Notes: generated by a model from the letters alone, not told the origin. Shown: positions 23,001 to 31,653, counted from the first letter of the stretch. The stretch: 64,000 bases of DNA from an uncultured Nitrososphaerota archaeon (GCA_963703285.1 OY969807.1:2048001-2112000); one strand, 5' to 3'. Program-made: numbers and translations.

Positions 23001-26000
23001 CGACGGATACTCCATGCCCCTGGAGCTCGTGTCCGGCAGCGCGATCCCTTCCTCGATGGTCCCGTACCCCGGCGGTTCCTCGCTCCTCGAGTTCAACGCA
23101 GGCGCCTACAAGCTCGAGGAGATCAGCATGTGGAGCATGTGCCGCCAGCAATACCAGGTCCTTGACGACATGTTCGGGCGCCTCATCCCGACCAACGAGC
23201 CGTCACTTGTCCTGTACCTGAGCGCGTCCTTCCAGGTCCAGGCGATCGACGCCCCGATCCTCCCGATGAGCAAGTACATCGATGACGTGGTCGTCAAGAA
23301 CGCGGTCACCTTGGTCGACCCCGTGACGTTCTCGCCGGCATCCCTGGACCTGGTCGGCTCCCCTGACGTGGGGACGTGCGGCCCGCTGGTCACACCAAAC
23401 CTGTACACCCCGCCCGGCGTTGCGCTGACCGTCTGCGACACGGTACCGTACATGACCACCTACTCCATCACGCTGAACAGCGTGACGCAGACGCTCGCGG
23501 GGGAGATCAACGAGGCGTACGTCTACGTCAACAACTCCGTGCTCACCCTCTACGCCGGGAAGATGGTCGGAGAACTGGTCCTCACTTGGGTGTCTCAGGT
23601 TCAGGGCGACGTCCAGCTCATGGGGTACGTCGAGGGCGCCCCGCCGGCCCCGATGGCCAACCTTACCAACAAGTCCTCGTACGCAGGCGCAACCTCGGTC
23701 ACTTTCACTATGCCGACGTCCGTCAGCCTGAAGTACCAGAACTCGAACGATTTCTCGAATGAGGTAGCCTGGAATATCTCCGACGGCATAGGCGTCAAGT
23801 TCGGCATCGCCGCGGACTTCGCCCCCTTCGGATTCGGCATACAGGCCGACAAGGCAATTCTGGACGTCAGTTTCGACGCAACAGAAGGGGGTGACATTTC
23901 GGACAAGACCACCGAGAGCGAGTCGCAGCTCACATCATCGAACAACGTGCAGGAGTCGTACAAGTACACGGTGAAGATGGAGGGGACGCTCGGTCCCTTC
24001 ACAGGGGACCTATTCATGGCGAGTCTGAACACGCTCACCACGCCGTCCACCACCGTAGGAGTCTCCGCCTCCAAGACCGCCATCCTCCCCAACCCGAACC
24101 TGGGCGGCTTCACGACATCAAACCCACCCGCTCCCCTGCCGAAGTCCGGCGTGACCGAGGAGAAGTTCGGGCAACGGATGTACACCCCCTCGCCCTACGG
24201 CCAGGCCTTCGTAATCTCGCAGACGCTCGACGTCTACCAGCAGACGCTGCTCCAGACCAACACGGTCTATGGTTACGTACAGGTACCGAACTCACAGATT
24301 CCCCCTGACCTGAACATCGTCTCCTTCAGGCTCAACAGCAGCTACATCCGGCCAGGGTGCCTCGACGGCGTCATCGGGTACGTCTACAACCCCGCGAGCC
24401 TGCCGACGGGCGCGCAGACCTACACGACCTCGACGGGCGAGATGCAGGTCCTCTACGACGGGAACTTCTCGCAGGGGGAGGTCGGCAGCGACGCGAGCTA
24501 CATGCAGGTCGTAGAGGCGTACCAGATGAAGAAGCAGATCGACCAGGAGACCTTTACCGCCATCGCCGCCTATCAGACGGCCTACAACAAGCAGGGCCTC
24601 CCGGATGACACGAGCCTGCTGCCCCCTCTGGACTTCTACGACGAGTACGTCTGGTCATCGCGGGGCGCCACGCAGGAGGTAAAGCACACCTATTCGACCT
24701 CGTACGAAGAGGTGTATACGACGGAGACTCTAAGCAAGGTGTCCGCCAAGGTCACCCTGAACGCGAAGCTCTATGGCGCGTGCATCACCTGGATGGACCT
24801 GAAGGGCAGCTGGGAGAAGACGATAAAGAGCACGAACAAGTACATCTACACCACCAACAGCAGCACCTCCTTCGACGTCACCGCCTCTTTCGACGGCATC
24901 GAGAACGACACCCAGATGCGGTACGCCTCCAACAACGACGCCCACTTCGTGATGAACAACAACTCGATGTTCAACCCGAACAACCAGAGCGGCCTGAACC
25001 TCATCATCGGGTCCGACGGGCTCGTCTACAACATCGTCCCCTCCGTCTCCTCGGGCGCCGGCCTGCCCCTCTCCAACAACATCGACACCAGCATGACGTT
25101 CACCCAGCCCCAGCCCTCGTACACGTCGGGGAACGCAACGGGGTTGACAGGCAACTTGGAGCCATACGACCGCCCCGGCAAGACGAACCTCTTCCGCACT
25201 TACGCGTTCTTCCTGCAGCCCACCCCTCAGAACGGCGAGGACTTCTGGAACACCGTGATCGACCGCGTATGGATGGCAAACAGCCCCGACCCGGACGCGG
25301 TGGCGTTGAACGCGGTGAAGAACAACCCCTCCGTCCCCTGGCGTCTGCTCTACCGGGTAACCTACTCTGAGCGCTTCCTCCCGCCCATCTCGACCGAGGC
25401 GGCCGTGGTCCCCCAGATCACTCCGGTCATGGCGGTCCCAGTCCTGAACGCGGCTTCCGACTTCCTCTTCACGGCGCCCGGGACCACGCCTGTCCCACCC
25501 CACAACCCGGCGAACGACATCGAGGCCAACATCGTCCTCGCAGCTCCCACAGCCAATGGCGCGAGCGCTGGGACGGTCCCGACTACAGGTTCCGGCGCGG
25601 GCCAGCCGATCCTTCCCAACAACGTGATCCCGTTCGACCTTGTCAAGCCCCCGACCCAGGCGATCGTGAACTGGGGCGACACCAACAATGCGAAGCTGCT
25701 CGGCCAGCTGATTACCTCCGTCCTCGGGCTGAACGTGCTCGCGATGTCGACGCAGGTACTTCCGGGGTCGACGCTGGTCTCCCAGGTGATGGACCCCGCG
25801 AGCGGAGGGGTGCTGTACAGCATCTACACCGATCCGAACGGCCTGACGGTGAACGTCCCGACGAACTCCGGAATAACCGTCTATCAGGACGTAAATGGCA
25901 ATCCCATCCAGTACTACGACGGCAAGGAGTTCCACTCGCTCCAGGCCGACTACATCCCGACGACCGACGGGACTGTGATGTACTACATCCAGCCGCCCTC

Positions 26001-26484
26001 AAAGTACGACCAGAGCGCGTTCAACCTCGTCGGCGACTACGACCTCTTCGGCCACCCGGGCGACCAGTGGCGCTACTACCTCGTCTCCGGGATGAGCGCC
26101 AACATGACCTCGGAACCGACCGTCACGGGCTACGGTCCCTTCCTCTCCTCGACCGGGGCGTCGCCGTACACCGGGTTCACGATCGCCTCTTCGCAGCACG
26201 CCGCCGATGGCTCCAACCACGTGAAGGGGTACGTCCTCGTCCAGGGCGTCCTCCAGTGGCCCAACCTCAACAGCAACGCCGAGACGTTCGCGGACGTGCA
26301 GGTCTACAAGTCGATGAGCCTTCTCGATACATTCCCGATCGGTGACCCAGAGGTGCTCACCTCGTTCTTGGAGGCGCAGTATCCCGGCGCGCCGTTCACG
26401 GGCAACGACGACATCGACCAGGTCTTCGCGAGGAACGTAGTGTCGTACTTCAACGCCTCACAGCAGGCACTGATTCCCGAGTAG
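17086..26484 (+). CDS. Giant beta-rich protein, C-terminal part with LamG/concanavalin A-like domains
   Basis: Frame open from 17071 reads IFYTFNAVSATVMD...; LamG motifs DFSLEFW, WRHFALTY, LYIDG, EEISMWS, LVGYWP. Confidence 0.88.
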   Translation: MFYTFNAVSATVMDSTGKSASASGGQYFVDTTDPANPIYGVVTLPKFLFNGNTYTVNLSTTLSDGVTSKYTLVVGGQSFPFSSGNQVTADKTTFTFNKAVGQIYTVTYAAVDAPAGSEAPTPITLTPFSIAAGGLPIAIIDVFNNPGGLKDILLGVIGRLYTYDPINALVTVSEGATTTVVPLMTGITVTSNSGYGYVISINDNVYTVNDGPTYPYPASTIGTPAAYPLMTAPQMFTMGGNFYTFDQSGGNYVSVTGNGQTYPVNLYQFSINGEVYIINTNVQPNTVVGGGNVYTMEASNTQFELNGVQYTIIMKTSLSGATVSGQFNISQGNVVVIEDYVYQLDTLNGQIVGNGTTYPLTTSGFTYTITTSNNSFTVTTEPNAATVTIGGVVYLINNTTVVADGITYPILVYRSFVDGGTTFDIGLEGTVSVPPPLSLTGSAPYTGATFTDGSETYTVNESAAFDGTSYYLMTGTPPQFATAGLTYTVRTDGVSIAAGPAPTFIVDATGPLSPNQFTFGAETIYFGRTTDVAAFDGTNFFAIAENEFTDTNTGLTYSISGNTAVNQGNSYEIYSNLGQSPYFEVPGGPTYYVNVAVADSGTATGNIYSVFPINGGVFTIPLVYTITVSGSTVTVSASTFTGGPTATSTLTAAAGSLTGGYFTDPVTKITYTCVVDAGVVTFVDSNNAVYPYPAPSTTNTFVASVVVTTAVTLAVDSEATPDVYPVLSNQFIVGTTTYAVNVSVAYENASGPYFPMVNGQFIVPSTPPVSNLAYAVQGGSVTKGYVISADDEFSADGNVVYTVNDVNVVRASNQATLTGTAPNQTLTYGSFTYTLDTTTSLAALEPAGLTYDTSTSQFTVSYNGVSVTYTVGSQTVTDNRHPADTFPSTVSGSQVTFTDTVSGITFSFDDSGDNQISVGFPYTNQFFVDLLNGITYYVDGTTSTVEAISYVPETTQYGFVAANGQTYLIHYNDVGVVFPVISGANVNAGIATVGSDTFTVNIDQVQPSSGAAGIPVNLNSFEINGNLYTITGTPTGTDYSACKVVGDAITPKNFTSANTFVLTDPTVTYTLQLNSANLPAAVVATFAVRPSQDLIVVNDDVYVVTYNTTTTGSLLGQGQASIAITNSSFTLTNPFDSTKAKFVFDDLDIYDAGSVVGQFAVYQMPTFFIGNATYTLNPVDLLVTDNNDRPYPLLPSPMMFSINGFNYVIDTNRTPHAIVGNGNVSPLSTDVTVQNGLPVPNSTFTLNGLVYAYVEDTTHNLLAVTGTKSYMIAQPALTFKLDSSLVFTISTTPPAAGNYVGTMAPIGTITAAGPLTLNLYAGTPESGNADFFTYKNVLYTLVESEGVYIAVQKTYTVYASTPTATQQQLAVFDLAGTTYMVTDGTTAGTATPAGINPGTLWAATSISATPPETQFGLVYGFTAQPISVSQSATTQVFQFVVSTTVSSISTTTSSGSTSTGSTSTTTVNTLYDIVYTPGSNANVVKVDVPDFLPTFTQSWPFNFLTSYPLTFETGGYNAFTTFVSETSTPSESFAGAYRTPVISTDGAVDSMLGTEGDFSLEFWHSLPLTAVNDYHPFTYYASNQNPLVYYVDVDFFNGYNIFVRINNTVMQAVTTPPVFTSRWRHFALTYSQPYVMLCLGAGFEVKDGTNYNFNRNFSIAMTFSVTDVNTQQGLLYKGTASSITSPELSFSYQVGVSGGNVTFQLTDTSLTDGQPTPSTIFQGPSIKAKTFYQVIIVKQTTTTSGSTNSDGTTDPYGQPFDVSELTPATTGGTSATMTAPPTSGKAPVTFSDVKGTGKTPKLDSLMTAIGAAQTGQSYSVSISVRTVNDDGGFGQWTTVNLTQAVTSDAGLAVNNTGSAALLIGQAYDTSGIFWPMGSSDGLVGNIQNVYLFNGAINPQGINTAAGLVDISSATSNDLIKAGLVGYWPAQYDPNGVVNNTVDPDGVAVSSNMFLAKLAPLKGQELQATSLYIDGYSMPLELVSGSAIPSSMVPYPGGSSLLEFNAGAYKLEEISMWSMCRQQYQVLDDMFGRLIPTNEPSLVLYLSASFQVQAIDAPILPMSKYIDDVVVKNAVTLVDPVTFSPASLDLVGSPDVGTCGPLVTPNLYTPPGVALTVCDTVPYMTTYSITLNSVTQTLAGEINEAYVYVNNSVLTLYAGKMVGELVLTWVSQVQGDVQLMGYVEGAPPAPMANLTNKSSYAGATSVTFTMPTSVSLKYQNSNDFSNEVAWNISDGIGVKFGIAADFAPFGFGIQADKAILDVSFDATEGGDISDKTTESESQLTSSNNVQESYKYTVKMEGTLGPFTGDLFMASLNTLTTPSTTVGVSASKTAILPNPNLGGFTTSNPPAPLPKSGVTEEKFGQRMYTPSPYGQAFVISQTLDVYQQTLLQTNTVYGYVQVPNSQIPPDLNIVSFRLNSSYIRPGCLDGVIGYVYNPASLPTGAQTYTTSTGEMQVLYDGNFSQGEVGSDASYMQVVEAYQMKKQIDQETFTAIAAYQTAYNKQGLPDDTSLLPPLDFYDEYVWSSRGATQEVKHTYSTSYEEVYTTETLSKVSAKVTLNAKLYGACITWMDLKGSWEKTIKSTNKYIYTTNSSTSFDVTASFDGIENDTQMRYASNNDAHFVMNNNSMFNPNNQSGLNLIIGSDGLVYNIVPSVSSGAGLPLSNNIDTSMTFTQPQPSYTSGNATGLTGNLEPYDRPGKTNLFRTYAFFLQPTPQNGEDFWNTVIDRVWMANSPDPDAVALNAVKNNPSVPWRLLYRVTYSERFLPPISTEAAVVPQITPVMAVPVLNAASDFLFTAPGTTPVPPHNPANDIEANIVLAAPTANGASAGTVPTTGSGAGQPILPNNVIPFDLVKPPTQAIVNWGDTNNAKLLGQLITSVLGLNVLAMSTQVLPGSTLVSQVMDPASGGVLYSIYTDPNGLTVNVPTNSGITVYQDVNGNPIQYYDGKEFHSLQADYIPTTDGTVMYYIQPPSKYDQSAFNLVGDYDLFGHPGDQWRYYLVSGMSANMTSEPTVTGYGPFLSSTGASPYTGFTIASSQHAADGSNHVKGYVLVQGVLQWPNLNSNAETFADVQVYKSMSLLDTFPIGDPEVLTSFLEAQYPGAPFTGNDDIDQVFARNVVSYFNASQQALIPE
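21409..21483 (+). repeat. AGC/ACC microrepeat encoding a Ser/Thr linker
   Basis: STTVSSISTTTSSGSTSTGSTSTTT. Confidence 0.8.
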
Positions 26485-26599
26485 GCAATCTGCAAAGTCC
26501 CGAGATTCACCATTGCGGAGTCCCGATTCGGGCCGCTGTCGATGTGGGTAGTCGGTCGGCTACGTTGCCGCTTATTAATCCCGCCGAACTTACAAGTCG

Positions 26600-26926
26600 A
26601 TGAGCGTAAACGCAACTTCGTCTGCAAGTTCATCTGCAACTTCGTCTGCGGCTTCAAGCTCCGCATCGCTCCCAAACGTCGGCCCTGTCATCGGAAGCTA
26701 TGCGCAGCAGTTCGCCTCGCAATTCCACCTCGCGGTGACGGGCGTCGATGCCGCTGTCACCCTGGTCGCCTTCTACGCCGGGATTCTGCTGATTCCCGTG
26801 GGGGCCGTCCTGTACTGGGGTCACGTGTGGCGGCGCACGGGGGAGGGGCTGCTCGTGGGAGGCATAATCCTGGTCATCCTCTCCTACACCTTGTTCCCGT
26901 ATCTGCCGACCATCTCGCCTCCCTGA
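26600..26926 (+). CDS. Small 2-TM protein with Ser/Ala-repeat N-terminus (VirB2/TrbC pilin-like layout)
   Basis: TTATTAAT box ~28 nt upstream; two hydrophobic helices around WRRTG; GCAACTTCGTCTGC repeated twice. Confidence 0.7.
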   Translation: MSVNATSSASSSATSSAASSSASLPNVGPVIGSYAQQFASQFHLAVTGVDAAVTLVAFYAGILLIPVGAVLYWGHVWRRTGEGLLVGGIILVILSYTLFPYLPTISPP

Positions 26927-26995
26927 GCTTTACAGCGCGTTACGTAGCTCTCGACTTATAATCCTCGCCCGGGTGCTTGGTCCAGGAGTCGAACC

Positions 26996-27910
26996 ATGAG
27001 CGAATCGAAGCCACTTCCGGACAAGGGGAACAAGGACAAGGATCTCTCATCCGTCTTGATACAAGCCGAGACCACGAGGGTATTCGTCAGCGGGGTAAAC
27101 ATGCGGAAGAGTCCCGGGGACGTCGCGGAGCTGATGCAGTCCATCAGGGAGAAGGGCATACTCGAGCCCCTGCTCGTCAGACCCGTAGAGAGTCGCTACG
27201 AACTGATCGTTGGGTCCCGGAGGTTCGAGGCGGCGAAGCGTCTGGGCCTGAGGACGGTCCCGGCCGTGGTGAGACCTATGCTTGACGAAGATGCTCTGAT
27301 CATCTCCCTTGTGGAGAACATCCAGCGCAAGGAAGTGGAGCCCGAGGAGGAGTACAACGCCCTGATGAAGCTCAAGGGTCTTAACCCCGCCCTCTACTCC
27401 ACGCCGGACCAGCTGGCCAGGGTGATTGGCAAGTCGCGGCAGTACGTCGAGGACAGAATCGCCGCGGTCGAGACGGTCAATATGATCAGGAGGGGGACGA
27501 AGAAGTCGCCCATCGCCGTCAGGCAATCCCCTACGATGGAGGAGAGGAAGGAAGGTGTCCTGCCAGTCAAACACGCCTCGTTCCTACACGAGGCCGAGGA
27601 GGCGCCCACGGTCCAGAGGCTTCCGGAGGAGAAACGCGCTAAGCGACTCTTCGCGCTGGCCGAGACGATCGCGGAGCTCCCGGCGCCTGAGGCACGGAGG
27701 GTGGTGGAGCAGTTCGTCAAGGCACCTCAGAGGCCCATGGAGGAGATTAAGAGAGAGACCGAGAGGCTCCGCTCGTTCAAGCTCGACCTCGTCTTGGACC
27801 CGAGGGTCGCCGACGGCCTCAGGAAGGCAGCCAAGGAGAGGGGGACGACGATGGAGGCTATAGCAACTCTGGCGATTCACGCTTGGCTCCGGCAAAACAA
27901 CTACAGTTAA
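26996..27910 (+). CDS. ParB/RepB/Spo0J family protein with C-terminal RHH-like domain
   Basis: SIREKGILEPLLVRP...YELIVGSRRFEAAK...SLVENIQR; HTH DQLARVIGKSRQYV. Confidence 0.9.
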   Translation: MSESKPLPDKGNKDKDLSSVLIQAETTRVFVSGVNMRKSPGDVAELMQSIREKGILEPLLVRPVESRYELIVGSRRFEAAKRLGLRTVPAVVRPMLDEDALIISLVENIQRKEVEPEEEYNALMKLKGLNPALYSTPDQLARVIGKSRQYVEDRIAAVETVNMIRRGTKKSPIAVRQSPTMEERKEGVLPVKHASFLHEAEEAPTVQRLPEEKRAKRLFALAETIAELPAPEARRVVEQFVKAPQRPMEEIKRETERLRSFKLDLVLDPRVADGLRKAAKERGTTMEAIATLAIHAWLRQNNYS

Positions 27911-27978
27911 CCCGCCACCGTCCTTGAGAATCTGCTCGACCTTGGGATAGCCTTAAGGCGACCACGACAACGAGCAAG

Positions 27979-28248
27979 GTGACCAGTTTGGCCGAAGAGG
28001 AAGAAGAGGCCGTGGAACAGGAGAGGGAGGAAGACGCAGCCCCCGACGTCGAACCCGTAGAAGAGAAGGAGGCGGAGGAGTCAGAGGAGGAGACCGAAGA
28101 CGAATCGGAGGACCATGAGTCTGAAGAGATAGAAGACAGGGAAGACCAGCGCCTCACCGTAGGAGGCCCAAGGAAGAAGAAAGCCAAGTCCAGGACGATA
28201 TCGCGCAAGAAAGCAGCTAAGAAATCCAAATCAAAAGCTAGGAAATGA
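27979..28248 (+). CDS. Charge-segregated low-complexity protein (acidic N-terminus, Lys-rich C-terminus)
   Basis: 89-aa ORF with CTTAAG box upstream. Confidence 0.65.
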   Translation: MTSLAEEEEEAVEQEREEDAAPDVEPVEEKEAEESEEETEDESEDHESEEIEDREDQRLTVGGPRKKKAKSRTISRKKAAKKSKSKARK

Positions 28249-28322
28249 GCAATGGGCTCATGTGTTGGTCCGCGGTTTCGCCCGCCAATCCTTAAGTCCA
28301 GGTTAGGCCCGTATGAGTCAAT

Positions 28323-28691
28323 ATGACCCCCGATCAATACCGAAAGATTGCGCTCAGCTTCCCGGGAGCATCAGAGAGCAGCCACATGGACCACCCGGAC
28401 TTTCGGGTCGGTGGAAAGATATTCGCCACGCTGTGGAAAGAGGGCGGAGTAGCGATACTTACTCTTGACCAGCAGGCTGCGCTCGTCAAGTCGAAGCCGA
28501 CAATCTTCGCCCCGGCGAAGGGAGGCTGGGGACGCAGGGGCTCTACGACCGTGAATCTCAAGTCGGCCGACGAGAGTTCGGTTCGCCGAGCCCTTTCTCT
28601 CGCTTGGGGGAACAAGGCTCCGAAGGCCCATGATTCCCGTCCCAAGAAAACTGCCGTCTCTTCTTCTCGAGCGAAATCCGAGAGGACCTGA
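28323..28691 (+). CDS. MmcQ/YjbR family DNA-binding protein
   Basis: ALSFPGASESSHMDHPDFRVGGKIFATL...GGWGRRGST. Confidence 0.88.
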   Translation: MTPDQYRKIALSFPGASESSHMDHPDFRVGGKIFATLWKEGGVAILTLDQQAALVKSKPTIFAPAKGGWGRRGSTTVNLKSADESSVRRALSLAWGNKAPKAHDSRPKKTAVSSSRAKSERT

Positions 28692-28824
28692 GGCTTCCGC
28701 CTCTTGGACCATCAAGGAAAGAATCGGCTGCTCTGCTCAAGGGCGAAAGGGTCCAATGAGGTCGGCGACTTCGTGCCGCTCCCGCCTGCGTAGCGATATG
28801 TCTCGAGCACAATCCGAGAAATCC

Positions 28825-29949
28825 TCAGCCCACGACCTTGCACATGACGTAGTCTCCAAGACCTACTATCACCCTCGCGTAACCGCTCAGCATCCTGTCG
28901 ACATCCCCGTCGCCCGTGTCGACGAGCAGGGGCCTGCCCCCCAGGGACGCCAGCTTCTGTTTGCTCGCGACGAGGACAACGTTGTCCTTTCCGACCTTTC
29001 TTATGATCCTGCTGCTGAGCTGCTGATTGCCTCTGCCAAAGATGTAGCCCTGGCCGCCGATCAGCGTCACGATTATCTTGGCTCTCTTCCCACCATTCAA
29101 GAGGCGGACCAGCTGCCTCTCGTTTACGTCCCTCGCTATGAGGTGGCCGTCGAGCACCACGTCGACGCCGAGGAGCGTCTTTTCGAGATGAAGCTGCCTC
29201 AGGATGTCTCTCGTGGTCGTCCCAGGGCCAAAGATGTAGAGACAGCCCTTCTCCATGCTCATGAATAGCTCTGTCGCGATGCCCGCGATGACCTGCTTCT
29301 CCGTCTGGGTCCCGCCAGACTTGACGCTCTGAAGATGCTGGCCTTCCTCCGGGATCCGCAGGTATCCGTAGAGCTTTGCCTCCAACACTCCTTCCCGGAA
29401 CGAAGCCTCGTCGATGTCCATGACCTCACCCTCCGAGACCCTCGGAGCAGAAGCCTTCAGGAACTTCAGCGCCACCTCTCCTGCTATCCTGGGCGTCAGA
29501 GCGAAGACCGCGGAGTGCATCTTGACGCCGGTGGGTATCCCGAGCACGGTTATCTCACGGCCCACGGCTCTGTAGATGTCCCTCGCGGTACCATCTCCGC
29601 CCGCAAAGAGCAAGAGGTCTACGCTCAGGTCCATCATCTCCTTTGCGGCGGTCCGGGTGTCCTCCGATGTGGTGTGCCCGCTCCGGATCGAACCGATCAC
29701 GTTTGGCGTGAAGCCGGCCTCCCTTGCCACGCTCTCCCCCATCTCGCCCGCGTAGGCGAAGACATCTATCTCGTCCCTTATCCCGCGCATCGCTTCGATA
29801 GCCTCCGCCGCCCTCCGCGGGGATTCGGGGGACGCGCCCATCTGTCGGGCCCTCCTCACCACCTCCGCACCGTCGGTGCCCTTGAGGCCGACTCTCCCGC
29901 CCATGCCTGCGATCGGATTGACTACGATGCCGAGCTTCTTTCTAGGCAC
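28825..29949 (-). CDS. ATP-NAD kinase/AcoX-like family protein
   Basis: VNPIAGMGG, GGDGTARD, GVKMHS, GQGYIFGRGNQQ. Confidence 0.9.
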   Translation of the reverse strand: MPRKKLGIVVNPIAGMGGRVGLKGTDGAEVVRRARQMGASPESPRRAAEAIEAMRGIRDEIDVFAYAGEMGESVAREAGFTPNVIGSIRSGHTTSEDTRTAAKEMMDLSVDLLLFAGGDGTARDIYRAVGREITVLGIPTGVKMHSAVFALTPRIAGEVALKFLKASAPRVSEGEVMDIDEASFREGVLEAKLYGYLRIPEEGQHLQSVKSGGTQTEKQVIAGIATELFMSMEKGCLYIFGPGTTTRDILRQLHLEKTLLGVDVVLDGHLIARDVNERQLVRLLNGGKRAKIIVTLIGGQGYIFGRGNQQLSSRIIRKVGKDNVVLVASKQKLASLGGRPLLVDTGDGDVDRMLSGYARVIVGLGDYVMCKVVG

Positions 29950-30046
29950 ACTCGTTCACCTCCACGCTCGGCGGGGTTGCACACCGCCCGAGACCCGTTT
30001 CCATCGTGATGGAGCGCATCAGGGACGAGAAAGACAAGTGTCTACG

Positions 30047-31651
30047 CTAGGACCGAACCTTCCTGCTCTGCAGCCTCGAAGCCGGCTCCTTCCCAAGACC
30101 CTTCTTCAGGTACTGCCTCCACGTCACAGCGATCCTCTCTGGCTCGTTGATTCCCGGGTTCGGGACCTTGTGGACCACGGAGTTGTAGGGCGAGTTCTTC
30201 ACGAGCTCCGGGTCCTCGTAGGCTTCCCTCGATATCTCCCGCAGGACCGCCACGTACTCGTCGATGTCGTCCTTCGAGTACGATTCACAGGGCTCCAGGG
30301 TGAAGGGCTCGGGGACAACCCACGGATGGTGGCTGGTCCAGTAGTGCTGGAGGCCGAAGTCGGCCATCCTGCGCTGGACGTCTTCGGTGCCCACCCCAGT
30401 GTCGCTCCGGAGCTTCTCCCAGCTGTACCTGACCTGCTCCAGTCTTCTCTTGCCCGGCGCGTACCGGATCGTCACACCCGGGATCTCGCTGAGCTTCTTC
30501 ATCATGTAGTTGTTGTTGAGGACCGAGCACACCGCCGTCTCCATCAGACCTTCGGCCCCGTGCTGCATTATCCACGCGTAGGACTTGACCAGGCTCTGGG
30601 TGTTGCCCATGAACGACCTCACCTTCCCGATGCTCTCCGGAGAGTCATACTCGAGGTAGTATCCCTTCCTCTTGTCAAACATGACCTGTGGTACAGGCAG
30701 GAACCTGGCCAGGTCTTTCGAGCAGCCTAGTGCGCCGACCGCGCCGCCCATGCTTCCGTGAGGCACGGAGAACGTCTTGTGGAGGTTGAAGTGACAGAGG
30801 TCGAATCCGGCGTCCCTCGCCCGGGTGATGCCAAGCATGCCGTTGGCGTTGGCCTGGTCGTAGTAGCAGAGCGCGCCCACTTCGTGCGCTGCATTCACGA
30901 ACTCGCCTATCCTCGGGTTGTAGATGCCCGTATCCTCCGGGTTTGTGATGAAGATTGCGGCGGTCCTGCGGGAGAGCGCGGCCTTGAAGGCGTCGATGTC
31001 CGCGTATCCGTCCTTGTCGGGCATGACGGTCACCACGTTGAAGCCAGCGGTAGCCGGCCCCGCGGCGTCGCAGGGATGCGAGAACATGGTGGTTACGGTC
31101 TCCGTCCTGTCGAAGTCCTTGCGTGAAGCGTGATAGGCCCTTATCATCGAGGCCGCGGTGAAGGCAGCCTGGGCGCCCCCTGCGGGCTGGAACGAGAACC
31201 TGTCCATCCCCGAGATCTCCTTGAGAAACTGCTCGAGCTTGTAGATGATCTCCATCAGACCCTGCATGGTTTCAGCGGGCTGCAGCGGGTGAATCTCTCG
31301 AATGCCCGGGTGTCTTCCCGCCAGGTGTTCCTGCACCTTCGGACTGTACTTCATCGTGCACGTGCCCTGGCTTATGTCGATCGTGACGTCTGTGCCCATC
31401 GTCTCCTGCGAGAGGTGCATGAAATGGCGAAGGACGCGCATCTGGTTGACCTCGGGGAGCTTCGGAACGGCCTTTCTTCTGAGCTTCTTCGGTATGACGG
31501 AGGTGCCGTTACCAACGAGCCTCCTGACCCTGGCTTCGGGTTCGGTGACGAGGATGCCCCTCTCTCCAGGCACGCTCATCTCGAAGATTATCTGCTCGTC
31601 CCACTTCGCCTCGTGGAACTTCCTGAGCAAGGTACCCGGGTCTCTCCCCAT
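30047..31651 (-). CDS. gcvPB: Glycine dehydrogenase (decarboxylating) subunit 2-like
   Basis: GTCTMKYSPK, HPLQP, PLP-lysine motif NLHKTFSVPHG. Confidence 0.9.
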   Translation of the reverse strand: MGRDPGTLLRKFHEAKWDEQIIFEMSVPGERGILVTEPEARVRRLVGNGTSVIPKKLRRKAVPKLPEVNQMRVLRHFMHLSQETMGTDVTIDISQGTCTMKYSPKVQEHLAGRHPGIREIHPLQPAETMQGLMEIIYKLEQFLKEISGMDRFSFQPAGGAQAAFTAASMIRAYHASRKDFDRTETVTTMFSHPCDAAGPATAGFNVVTVMPDKDGYADIDAFKAALSRRTAAIFITNPEDTGIYNPRIGEFVNAAHEVGALCYYDQANANGMLGITRARDAGFDLCHFNLHKTFSVPHGSMGGAVGALGCSKDLARFLPVPQVMFDKRKGYYLEYDSPESIGKVRSFMGNTQSLVKSYAWIMQHGAEGLMETAVCSVLNNNYMMKKLSEIPGVTIRYAPGKRRLEQVRYSWEKLRSDTGVGTEDVQRRMADFGLQHYWTSHHPWVVPEPFTLEPCESYSKDDIDEYVAVLREISREAYEDPELVKNSPYNSVVHKVPNPGINEPERIAVTWRQYLKKGLGKEPASRLQSRKVRS

Positions 31652-31653
31652 CT

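Noticed and set aside
11143-26345. Many antisense and off-frame ORFs within the giant gene (and similar ones across the window)
   Set aside because: Expected from high third-position GC; no motifs or promoters
26996-27910. Calling the region an integrated plasmid or provirus
   Set aside because: No integrase, att/tRNA site, replication or virion genes in the window
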